A model generated the notes under the pieces. The model saw nothing but the letters and a program-made list of their open reading frames with translations, had not been told where the DNA came from and did not search any database. This document shows positions 8,423-16,608 of a DNA stretch of 61,942 nucleotides, one piece after another. The stretch's first letter is position 1. Each line of letters starts with the position of its first letter. The stretch is from Patescibacteria group bacterium UBA6201 (GTDB taxonomy: Bacteria; Patescibacteriota; Minisyncoccia; Phycocordibacterales; UBA918): positions 216,367 through 278,308 of the forward strand of contig DISV01000004.1 of the NCBI GenBank assembly GCA_002422025.1, given 5' to 3'. Both the position numbers and the translations under genes were made by a program.

Positions 8423-8709
8423 CAGCTAAAAATCAGTCTGTTATAATTTGTAGCAGTTATCACTGAATAATAATCGACCAATGAAGACAATTTAAATAAG
8501 GGAATAGGGGAGAAGAAAGAGTTTTATTCACTAAAACCAAACAGTATGGGAGAAAGAGTAGCTCACAAAAAAGAAAAGAAGAAGCCAAAGAAAGATAAGT
8601 CTGGCAGTAACTAGTTAAGAGAAAAAGGCAGGCGCACAGCGCCCGCCTTTTCTTTTGAACAAAGAACGTACAATGTTAAGGAATTTTAGAGTGTGTATAA
8701 TTGTTGACT

Positions 8710-10149
8710 ATGCCAAATAATGACAACGAGAAGAGAATTTCATCAGACACGACACCAGACGAACACCATGGACAAGACTTAACCCGAGGACCAATCGGAC
8801 GCCAACTGTGGCAACTGGCATGGCCGATCATGCTCTCAATCTTTTTCTATACGCTATACAACATTGTCGATACGTTTTGGGTGAGCAAAATATCAGCAGA
8901 AGCGATTGCAGCCGTGTCGATTTCACAGATAGCGCTTTTCATCATGGTAGCTCTTTCAATGGGCATCACTGTCGGCTCGGGAGTTGTAATGTCGATGCAC
9001 ATTGGTGCAAAAAATATTAAGGAGGCGGAACGGATTTTAGGACAGTCCTTCGTATTATCTGGAATCCTGGCACTTTTTTTCACCGTTATTTCGCTCATAT
9101 GGAGAGAACCGGTCTTAATTGCATCGGGCGCTAGTGGACTGGTTTTTGCCCCCGCGCTCGAATACTTCACCATCACGGCAGCAGGATCAATCTTGATCTT
9201 TATCATGATGACAATAGTATTTGCGTACAACGCCCAAGGAGACAACTTCACTACGACCAAGCTCTTCGCTGTCTCAACACTAGTCAACACAATACTTGAT
9301 CCGATTTTGATCTTTGGCTGGTTCGGGCTACCCGAGCTCGGTATCGCCGGAGCAGCGATTGCAACACTCATTTCACAAGCAATCTTTATTATTATCGCAA
9401 TGTATTTTCTCGCTAGTGAGAAAATGATGATTCCGTTCCGACTCAGCAACCTCACTATTAGATTGGAGTCGGTCAAAAAAGTTCTTAATATCGGTCTACC
9501 AGCCGCATTGACACAAGTCATCAATCCGATTGGAGCTGCCGCACTACTCTTCATCACCGCGCGAAGTTTTGCTGAAGCGGGAACAGTCGCATTCTCAATT
9601 GGCTTCCGCATCGAGTTCTTTGCCTACCTACCGGCGATTGGTTTTGGTTTTGGTTCAATGGCTCTAATCGGTCAGAACATGGGTGCTGGAAATTTCACAC
9701 GAGCCCGAGAAGCTTTCAACAAAGCTTTGATCTACGGCATTGGCACCGCGATTGCTATCGGGTTTTTAGCGATACTAGCAGCACCTATGATTGCACATAT
9801 CTTCACAACTGATCCAATTGTTACTCAATACGTAAACTCTTATATTCTATATATCGCTTTGTCTTACGGTTTCTTAGCCGCAATGATGGTAGTAGTAAGT
9901 GGATTTCAAGCGATTGGCAGGTCATGGCCAGGTTTCTGGCTCTACATTATCAGGTTCACACTTGTCTCTATTCCGGTCAGCTATCTGCTCACTATAGTGT
10001 ACGACCTACCTATAGAGTCATTATGGATTGCAATTGCGGCAGGTAACGTGGTGTCGGCACTGGTCGGATATTTGTGGATTATGAGGACGTTCAATAACAT
10101 GAAAGAGATTGACGTTCCGGTCCATCCAGAACAACCGGTGGTGATATAA
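8710..10149 (+). CDS. MATE-family efflux transporter
   Basis: About 12 predicted TM helices. N-terminal pattern LWQLAWPIMLSIFFYTLYNIVDTFWVSKIS is typical of MATE/NorM. The ATG at 8710 is preferred over the TTG at 8701. Confidence 0.8.
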   Translation: MPNNDNEKRISSDTTPDEHHGQDLTRGPIGRQLWQLAWPIMLSIFFYTLYNIVDTFWVSKISAEAIAAVSISQIALFIMVALSMGITVGSGVVMSMHIGAKNIKEAERILGQSFVLSGILALFFTVISLIWREPVLIASGASGLVFAPALEYFTITAAGSILIFIMMTIVFAYNAQGDNFTTTKLFAVSTLVNTILDPILIFGWFGLPELGIAGAAIATLISQAIFIIIAMYFLASEKMMIPFRLSNLTIRLESVKKVLNIGLPAALTQVINPIGAAALLFITARSFAEAGTVAFSIGFRIEFFAYLPAIGFGFGSMALIGQNMGAGNFTRAREAFNKALIYGIGTAIAIGFLAILAAPMIAHIFTTDPIVTQYVNSYILYIALSYGFLAAMMVVVSGFQAIGRSWPGFWLYIIRFTLVSIPVSYLLTIVYDLPIESLWIAIAAGNVVSALVGYLWIMRTFNNMKEIDVPVHPEQPVVI

Positions 10150-10252
10150 GGGAGCTAGCCACCGCCAGCACTATTTTAAAGGTTAATTAAAGCAAACATC
10201 GATAGTAAGAACACCACCCATGCCTGCGGGCTAGGGTGAATCGGATGTTCTT
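10150..10252. repeat. REP-like composite intergenic repeat (module M2 followed by hairpin module H1)
   Basis: M2 (10150-10208) is about 75 percent identical to 11745-11803. H1 (10207-10252, aagaacacc...ggatgttctt) recurs at 11689-11738 and 42548-42593. Confidence 0.7.
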
Positions 10253-10366
10253 GCTAGTTAAGGAATTGCCCACCGGTAATATACAATTGCCGGTCACAAG
10301 CAGATGGAGTTCAGGGACTCCATCTGCTCGTGACACTACTGGTAATAAAAGTGCTAAAGTAAAGTC

Positions 10367-10879
10367 ATGGAATCGGACCGTTCAAGTCATTCAAATGATT
10401 TAAAAAAGGCCTTTGAGTCGCTCTTTGCGGAATATTCCGATGTTATTTATCGGTTCTGCCTGTATAAAACCAGTGATAAGAATATAGCCCACGACCTGAC
10501 GCAGGATACCTTCCTACGTCTGTGGAAGGCCATGAATACCGGAGCGGAGGTGGAAAAACCAAAGCAATACATTTACCAGATTGCTCGAAATCTCGTAATC
10601 GACTACTACAAAAAATCTAAAGCAGTGTCTTTAGACGCTTTGGAGGAGGACGGTTTTGAGGCTAGAGAAACGTCTACCGGTTCCGAAATGTTGTCTGAGC
10701 TTTTACTATTGCGCGACGCCATTGAGAAGCTTGAGCAGGATTATCAGGAGGTGTTGTATATGCGTTTTATTGAAGATATGACGGTAGAGAACATTGCTGA
10801 CACATTGGGAGTATCTGCTAACTTGGTGTCGGTAAGGATTAATCGCGGCAAGAAAAAGTTACGCGAATTATTTGCATAG
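10367..10879 (+). CDS. ECF-type sigma-70 family RNA polymerase sigma factor
   Basis: Region 2 (DLTQDTFLRLW) and a region 4 helix-turn-helix (VENIADTLGVSANLVSVRINRGKKKLR). 170 aa. Confidence 0.85.
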   Translation: MESDRSSHSNDLKKAFESLFAEYSDVIYRFCLYKTSDKNIAHDLTQDTFLRLWKAMNTGAEVEKPKQYIYQIARNLVIDYYKKSKAVSLDALEEDGFEARETSTGSEMLSELLLLRDAIEKLEQDYQEVLYMRFIEDMTVENIADTLGVSANLVSVRINRGKKKLRELFA

Positions 10880-10880
10880 T

Positions 10881-11687
10881 ATGAAAATCAACGAACAAGA
10901 ATTTAATAAATCCATCAAACACCTGAAGGGAGTTCAGTTAACTGAATCTGAGAAAGCTTCGATGCTATCGAGTATTTACCAGACAGAAATAATTGCTGCT
11001 ACTTTACCAGTAGTGAGTCCTTTTATCTTTTCTTCATTTTTTACGAGAGAACGAGTGATGGTGGTAATGGCATCTTTTGTTTTAATCGTGTTTGGCGGAG
11101 GCTATGCGGCGGCGGCTGGTAGTTTGCCAGGTGACCCTTTGTATGGAATTAAGGTAAATGTGCTTGAGCCCCTCACACTCCAGCTTACTTTTGGCGAAGT
11201 AGCAAAGAACGAATACAAAGTAGAGCTCTTACAAAGACGTATAGCTGAATTAGAGGAACTTAGACTCAACACTGATGTAAATCTAGCGTCAGAGGAAGAA
11301 AGTTACCATGCGGCTGAAAGAAACGTCGCAGAACTTGAGGCAAGCGCCATCTTTAACGAAGACGGAATAAATGTTGATGTTGAAACTAGTATTGATACAT
11401 ACAACAGTTTGATTAGTGAACCATATCGCCTTGAAACTAAGATAATGAAAGGTAGAGTGATACCCACTTCAGAAGAAGACGAAACAGACGAAGGGAACAG
11501 CGAGAAAAAAGACGAAGAAACAATCTTGCAAAAGAACACCGGACAGATTGAGGGGACAGTTACTGAAGTCATAAAAACATTGGACGAAATAGATAGGGAA
11601 ATAGAGGAAGCACAAAGTGCGACCGAAGAAACTGTTGAAAACATAAAAGAAGTAACGACTCCGCTTACAGAAAGTTTGGGCTTTTAA
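10881..11687 (+). CDS. Putative anti-sigma factor / DUF5667-like single-pass membrane protein
   Basis: Immediately downstream of the ECF sigma gene (the alternative TTG start at 10872 would overlap it). One TM helix. PGDPLYGIKV motif and an acidic coiled C-terminus. The role is inferred from context. Confidence 0.5.
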   Translation: MKINEQEFNKSIKHLKGVQLTESEKASMLSSIYQTEIIAATLPVVSPFIFSSFFTRERVMVVMASFVLIVFGGGYAAAAGSLPGDPLYGIKVNVLEPLTLQLTFGEVAKNEYKVELLQRRIAELEELRLNTDVNLASEEESYHAAERNVAELEASAIFNEDGINVDVETSIDTYNSLISEPYRLETKIMKGRVIPTSEEDETDEGNSEKKDEETILQKNTGQIEGTVTEVIKTLDEIDREIEEAQSATEETVENIKEVTTPLTESLGF

Positions 11688-11688
11688 G

Positions 11689-11803
11689 TAAGAACACTAC
11701 CCACGCCTGCGGGTGTAAATGGGACCAGGTGTTCTTACTATCTAGGGAGCTGTCCTCCACCAGCGCTGTTTTAAGTGTTTACTGGCACAAACACCAATAG
11801 TAA
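11689..11803. repeat. REP-like composite intergenic repeat (H1 followed by M2)
   Basis: The H1 hairpin (11689-11738) starts right after the stop codon. M2 is at 11745-11803. The module order is the reverse of the 10150 locus. Confidence 0.7.
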
Positions 11804-11876
11804 TATTTTCGGAAATAGGCAGTCTTGTAGGTACACGCGATTAATTTGCGTTTACAAAGCCAAATAAATTTAAAGT

Positions 11877-12602
11877 ATGAAAACTATAGCCATAAACTTA
11901 AACTACTTGACCCTATATGGAGTGAGTTTAATGCTACTTTCTGCACTAGCTTTAACTCCGTTATACTCACACGCTCAAATCAATATTAATACCGACTCCA
12001 GTACTTCTGGAACAATTGAATTCACTACTGGTAATGAGTCCACAACTACCACCGACGGTGTTATTGAGTTAGAAATCGGTACAGAATCCACTAGTACTGA
12101 CAACAGTAAAACGGAAACCGGAGCTCAAAACTCTACATCACTTCGAGTGAACGCTGATGGTGACGCTATCGCCTTTGCTGCAGATGTAAAAAGTGATACT
12201 GACTTGGAAGTATTTGCTCACAATATTTCTGAAACAGAAGAAAAGGTATCTGAGGTAGAAGTAGATTCTGAAGAGAGTGGTGCTTGGCAAGCAGAAGTAT
12301 CATATGAGCATGAAGGAAAGCTCTTTGGTCTAATGCAAGTCACACTTAAATCAAAGACTATTGTTGAAGTAGACGAGGAAGGAAAACTAGAGGTTCACTC
12401 CAGTCTCCCATGGTGGAACTTCATGGTTACTAAGAAAGACCATGCTGAGGCTGAGATAGAATCACGCATTCGCAACAACGCTACTATTATGGCTGCCGCA
12501 GAAGTAGAAGCGAATGCTACAGTAAAAGCGCAAGTAGTGGAGGCGATGGTTGCTGAACTAAATGCTCATACTTACATCCACTCTGCCATAAATACAAAAT
12601 AA
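11877..12602 (+). CDS. Secreted hypothetical protein (signal peptide, Thr/Ser/Glu-rich)
   Basis: N-terminal hydrophobic signal ending in SHAQ. No recognisable domain. Confidence 0.55.
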   Translation: MKTIAINLNYLTLYGVSLMLLSALALTPLYSHAQININTDSSTSGTIEFTTGNESTTTTDGVIELEIGTESTSTDNSKTETGAQNSTSLRVNADGDAIAFAADVKSDTDLEVFAHNISETEEKVSEVEVDSEESGAWQAEVSYEHEGKLFGLMQVTLKSKTIVEVDEEGKLEVHSSLPWWNFMVTKKDHAEAEIESRIRNNATIMAAAEVEANATVKAQVVEAMVAELNAHTYIHSAINTK

Positions 12603-12627
12603 CCAATTTGTTAAATACAATTACTTC

Positions 12628-12656
12628 AAAAGAGCGCGGCATAGCCGCGCTCTTTT
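12628..12656. terminator. Bidirectional terminator between convergent genes
   Basis: aaaagagcgcggc-ata-gccgcgctctttt, a perfect 13-bp stem with A/T runs on both sides. Confidence 0.75.
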
Positions 12657-12707
12657 CTTTAGAACCAACTCTTAGTCACTGTATGTGATGAGATAGCAGA
12701 TAGGTTA

Positions 12708-13793
12708 TTAGCGCCCCTGACCATAGACACTGCGAAGTTTTGAGACATGTTCTTCATAGGTAGGGGAACAGTAGAAGTCACCATGATTGGCGTGGAAATA
12801 AAAAAGACAGTCGGTAGTCTCAGGATTAAGTGCTGCAACGATTGCCTCCAAAGAAGGATTGGCGATAGCACTAGGAGGCAAACCTTTATTTCGATAAGTA
12901 TTAAAAGGTGACTCAATGAATTTGTCTGCTGGAACTGGGATAGGCCACCAAGGCTGATCAATACGACTGCCTTTTGCATACTGCAAGGTAGCATCTAGCT
13001 GCAGTGGCATGTCGATAAAGAGCCGGTTCCATATCACACCAGAAATCTCACGCATATTGGTAAAATCGTATGCCTCTCTCTGAAGGAGTGAAGCAATCAC
13101 CAAAACATCATTGAGAGGTAGGACATCACCAGCGCCATTATCATATCTGTCCAACACTTCGCTCGCAAAACGTTCATTCACCATTAGGGCTACATTATCT
13201 GGAGAGGCGTCAACCGCAACCAAATAACGTTCTGGGTAAAACTTTCCTTCTATCAATGCAGGATCCTCAGATGTGACAAGTTCTAAAAACAGATCTCTTT
13301 CAGCTCTTTCCCAACCTAATATGTTACCGAAATTTTCTACCACTTGTTCTTTGCGTTCACCGGGAAAGATTACCAACAAGCGGCCTCCTGGTATCGCCAT
13401 CTGATACCAGGAAGAGTTACTGAGCCGCGCAATGAAACGAGCAAATTTACCAGAAGGAACTAAAGAAGGAAAATTCCACCTCGCCCTTCCTTCATTCGCC
13501 AAAAAACTCTCCAACTCAGGATTTTCAGTTATTTCTTTACGCTCTGGATTTACACCAACCGGAAATGGAGTAACTGCCATCTCAGGTTCTGTCAGCGGAA
13601 AACTTATAGTAAGTGCTGTGAAGATAGTGAGCGAGGTAAATAGAAAAAAGGCCAGCAAGAAAGTACCATAAAGAGAACGCAATACGAAAGTGATGCGAGC
13701 ATTAAAGATGGGACGTTTAAGTAGGCGATACCAGCGCTTTTGATTTAGTTTACTTATCTTCAAATTCTTAAGGCGCCAGGAACGCAGCTTCAT
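12708..13793 (-). CDS. mltG: Endolytic murein transglycosylase MltG (YceG family)
   Basis: N-terminal TM anchor. The conserved YceG core includes LASLLQREA, NTYRNKGLPPSAIANP and FYFHANHGDFYCSPTYEEH. Confidence 0.85.
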   Translation of the reverse strand: MKLRSWRLKNLKISKLNQKRWYRLLKRPIFNARITFVLRSLYGTFLLAFFLFTSLTIFTALTISFPLTEPEMAVTPFPVGVNPERKEITENPELESFLANEGRARWNFPSLVPSGKFARFIARLSNSSWYQMAIPGGRLLVIFPGERKEQVVENFGNILGWERAERDLFLELVTSEDPALIEGKFYPERYLVAVDASPDNVALMVNERFASEVLDRYDNGAGDVLPLNDVLVIASLLQREAYDFTNMREISGVIWNRLFIDMPLQLDATLQYAKGSRIDQPWWPIPVPADKFIESPFNTYRNKGLPPSAIANPSLEAIVAALNPETTDCLFYFHANHGDFYCSPTYEEHVSKLRSVYGQGR

Positions 13794-14076
13794 ATTTCAA
13801 TTATTGTAACAGTATTTTTTGTGTATTAGTCACCTTAATGCACATACCTTGAACACCATGACGTTGACCGTCAAAAGACAGGTCACGCTTATGCTCTTCT
13901 CAGAGCCTTGAATAAGGACTAGGTGTGTGCTTTAATAGGCGCACAAAGCAGTTCTCCTTGGGAGCACTTCCAATTTTGCGCCAAAAGCGCAGAGGTCGTG
14001 GAAGGAACGAACAGGATAGAGAAGGACTTTGTTCGGAGTAAGAAATTGCTCTGAATTAAAAAATAAGTAGAACGAA

Positions 14077-14274
14077 ATGACAGGAACTATTGCACGTCTT
14101 ACAGATCGTGGTTTCGGCTTTATCAAGCCAGACCAGGGTGACAAGGACGTATTCTTCCACGCTCGTTCTCTCGTTGAGATCATGTACGATGATCTCCGTG
14201 AGGGTGAAGCAGTCACTTTTGATGTTGAAGAGGGCCCTAAGGGACCTTCTGCCATCAATGTGAAGCGTGCCTAA
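14077..14274 (+). CDS. Cold-shock domain protein (CspA family)
   Basis: RGFGFI (RNP1) and VFFHARS (RNP2) motifs. 65 aa. Long upstream untranslated region. Confidence 0.9.
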   Translation: MTGTIARLTDRGFGFIKPDQGDKDVFFHARSLVEIMYDDLREGEAVTFDVEEGPKGPSAINVKRA

Positions 14275-14286
14275 GACACGAAAACG

Positions 14287-14326
14287 AAAATCACCATCGA
14301 ATCCCACTGGGGTCGATGGTGATTTT
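14287..14326 (+). terminator. Intrinsic terminator after the csp gene
   Basis: aaaatcaccatcga ... tcgatggtgatttt, a 14-bp stem followed by a T run. Confidence 0.75.
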
Positions 14327-14584
14327 CTTTTTGAAGACCAATATTTTAGACAACTCTGTTTATGATACAATTGAAAATGAGGCCTGCACTTATTGTCGGA
14401 GCTTATACCATCTCTCTATAACGCTCCAACATTAAGTAATTCAAAAATTTTGAGTGTAAATCTGTATATTTTGTAATCTTTATTAGTATAAGGTCAAACT
14501 AAATAGAACGGTTTGCACCAAAATTTTTGAATTGTTATGGGATAGTGATTGAGAGATGGTGTTACTAAATTCTTAAAAAATTCT

Positions 14585-15304
14585 ATGAACGACGCAACAA
14601 CAGAAACTAAGGCAAAAGGTAGCAACAACGCACTTTTGATGATATTTGGGATATTAGCAGTCTCGGCAATTGTGGCTGCTGGTGTTTATTTTTACATGAA
14701 CACTGATAAAAAAATGACGGAAACCAGTTCAGCAGTCGCTCGCGTAAATGGTGAGGAAATCAGCCAGAAAGAGTACGATCGTAGTATCGCCCAGATTACT
14801 GGAGTATACACATCCCAAGGTGCAGATCCAACTGACCCTAACGTGATCGCATCAGTAAAGGACCAAGCTTTAAACACTTTGATAAATCGTCGTCTGATAG
14901 CAAATGTAGCTTTGAGTTCCGGTGTGACGGTTGAGGACTCTGAGATAGAAACAGAGTATCAAACAATCGTAACCAGCCTCGGTAGCGCAGACGCCTTAGC
15001 TGCCGCGCTCAGCGAAAATGATATGGATGAAAGCAATCTCCGTTCTGAGATTCGTACTGACTTGTTAATCAACAAATATCTAGATGCCAAATTGGGAATC
15101 AACTCTATGGTAGTGACTAACGAGGAAATCGAGACCGCTTACGAAACTGCGATTAGTAGTAGCGAGAGTACAGAAGAAACACCAGCACTTGAGGATGTCC
15201 GAGACCTAATCAGCAAACAACTTCTTAGCGAGAAACAACAACTAGCTATAAATACAGAGCTGGAACGCCTACGACAAGAGGCTTCAATTGAAGTACTTAT
15301 ATAG
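14585..15304 (+). CDS. SurA N-terminal-domain chaperone-like protein (no PPIase domain visible)
   Basis: TM anchor, then the VARVNGEEISQKEYDRSI pattern typical of SurA_N/PpiD-like N-domains. The ATG at 14585 is preferred over the TTG at 14549. Confidence 0.6.
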   Translation: MNDATTETKAKGSNNALLMIFGILAVSAIVAAGVYFYMNTDKKMTETSSAVARVNGEEISQKEYDRSIAQITGVYTSQGADPTDPNVIASVKDQALNTLINRRLIANVALSSGVTVEDSEIETEYQTIVTSLGSADALAAALSENDMDESNLRSEIRTDLLINKYLDAKLGINSMVVTNEEIETAYETAISSSESTEETPALEDVRDLISKQLLSEKQQLAINTELERLRQEASIEVLI

Positions 15305-15330
15305 GTGTAAACATCAACACTATGAAGTTA

Positions 15331-15357
15331 GAAAACCGGCCCCTTAGGCCGGTTTTC
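15331..15357 (+). terminator. Intrinsic terminator
   Basis: gaaaaccggcc-cctta-ggccggttttc. Confidence 0.75.
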
Positions 15358-15377
15358 TAATAGAGAAGGATGAGCAC

Positions 15378-15406
15378 TTGAAATTTATCCTTAATTATGC
15401 TATAGT
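15378..15406 (+). promoter_or_regulatory. Sigma-70-type promoter upstream of rpsO
   Basis: TTGAAA (15378-15383), 17 nt, then TATAGT (15401-15406) preceded by a TGc extended -10. Confidence 0.55.
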
Positions 15407-15479
15407 TCTTGCACCTTCGCAGGTTTAAAAAAGGGACTCAAGGGGTATCTAACCCTCGTTTTCCACAAATTTCACTATA

Positions 15480-15746
15480 ATGCTAAGTAAGAATCAGAAA
15501 CAGCGCGCACTTAAAGATGTTCGCCGACACGATGGAGACACTGGTTCTCCACAGGCACAAATTGGTATTTTGACCAAACAAATAAGCGCCCTTGCTACCC
15601 ACCTGCGCAAGAATGCTAAGGATTTTCATTCCCGACGCGGACTCTTGCAGATGGTAGCTGACCGCCGCAAACATTTACGCTATCTAGAGCGTAAGGACAA
15701 GAAAGAGTACGACACTCTTATCAAGAAGCTCGGCCTGAAGAAATAA
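15480..15746 (+). CDS. rpsO: 30S ribosomal protein S15
   Basis: 88 aa. GDTGSPQAQIGILT and DFHSRRGLLQMVADRRKHLRYL are classic S15 motifs. Confidence 0.95.
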   Translation: MLSKNQKQRALKDVRRHDGDTGSPQAQIGILTKQISALATHLRKNAKDFHSRRGLLQMVADRRKHLRYLERKDKKEYDTLIKKLGLKK

Positions 15747-15803
15747 AAACGAGCAAATTCAAATTTGCTTTGATTAAATAACTTCATCTTGTTTCTATCC
15801 AGT

Positions 15804-15842
15804 AACAGTTGCGGCGTGGCCCAAGGCCACGCCGCAACTGTT
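15804..15842 (+). terminator. Long perfect hairpin after rpsO
   Basis: aacagttgcggcgtggcc-caa-ggccacgccgcaactgtt (18-bp stem). Confidence 0.65.
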
Positions 15843-15914
15843 ATAATCGGCAAAGACATTCTCAATATGTCAAAAAACTTTTTAATAAAACGAACTTAGA
15901 CTTTAAATTTTAAT

Positions 15915-16505
15915 ATGTCAGTAATAAGACATCCAGAACAAAGAGTGGCTATTCTAATAGACACTCAAAACCTTTATCACAGTGCTAAAAACCTTTATCG
16001 TTCCAAAGTAAACTTTGGAGCAGTAGTGAAAGCAGCACTAGGTAAGCGTAAACTTATTCGCGCTTTATCATACGTAGTTAACACTGAGAGTGGGGAAGAG
16101 AATGCCTTCTTTGAAGCTTTGGAGAAGCTTGGAATTGAAATCAAAACAAAGGACCTACAAATTTTCTATGGTGGTGCCAAGAAAGCCGACTGGGATGTTG
16201 GTCTAGCTATCGACGCCATCAAACTCGCTCACAAGGTGGACGCGATTGTTATAGCAAGTGGCGACGGAGACTTTGTGCCTTTAGTTGAGTACATCAAATC
16301 ACAGGGTTGTCAGGTAGAGGTGGTGAGTTTTGGCCGTTCCTCATCCCAGCGACTCCGTGAAAGTGTTGACGACTTTATCGATATGGACAATGATCCTTCA
16401 GAATACTTAATTGGTTATCGACCAAATAAAAATAAGCCTCGAAAGGAAGAACTGTCAGATGACGATGAGGTAAAAACCGTTGGTAGCGATACCGACAATA
16501 TATAG
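15915..16505 (+). CDS. NYN-domain (LabA/DUF88-like) protein
   Basis: VAILIDTQNLYHSAKN, DVGLAIDAI and IASGDGDFVPLV match the NYN/LabA catalytic acidic pattern. Basic/acidic tail. Confidence 0.75.
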   Translation: MSVIRHPEQRVAILIDTQNLYHSAKNLYRSKVNFGAVVKAALGKRKLIRALSYVVNTESGEENAFFEALEKLGIEIKTKDLQIFYGGAKKADWDVGLAIDAIKLAHKVDAIVIASGDGDFVPLVEYIKSQGCQVEVVSFGRSSSQRLRESVDDFIDMDNDPSEYLIGYRPNKNKPRKEELSDDDEVKTVGSDTDNI

Positions 16506-16522
16506 ACGCATCTCAGATATGT

Positions 16523-16553
16523 AAAAGCGCGGGCCTTCGGGCCCGCGCTTTTT
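16523..16553 (+). terminator. Intrinsic terminator
   Basis: aaaagcgcgggcc-ttcg-ggcccgcgcttttt. Confidence 0.8.
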
Positions 16554-16608
16554 GTACAACCTACCAACAATGCCTGTTTATGTCATGCGATAATAGATAG
16601 GAATATTT

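Noticed and set aside
10150-11803. CRISPR array interpretation of the repeated hairpins
   Set aside because: The copies are imperfect, of two different module types, not regularly spaced, and separated by whole genes. No cas genes are present.
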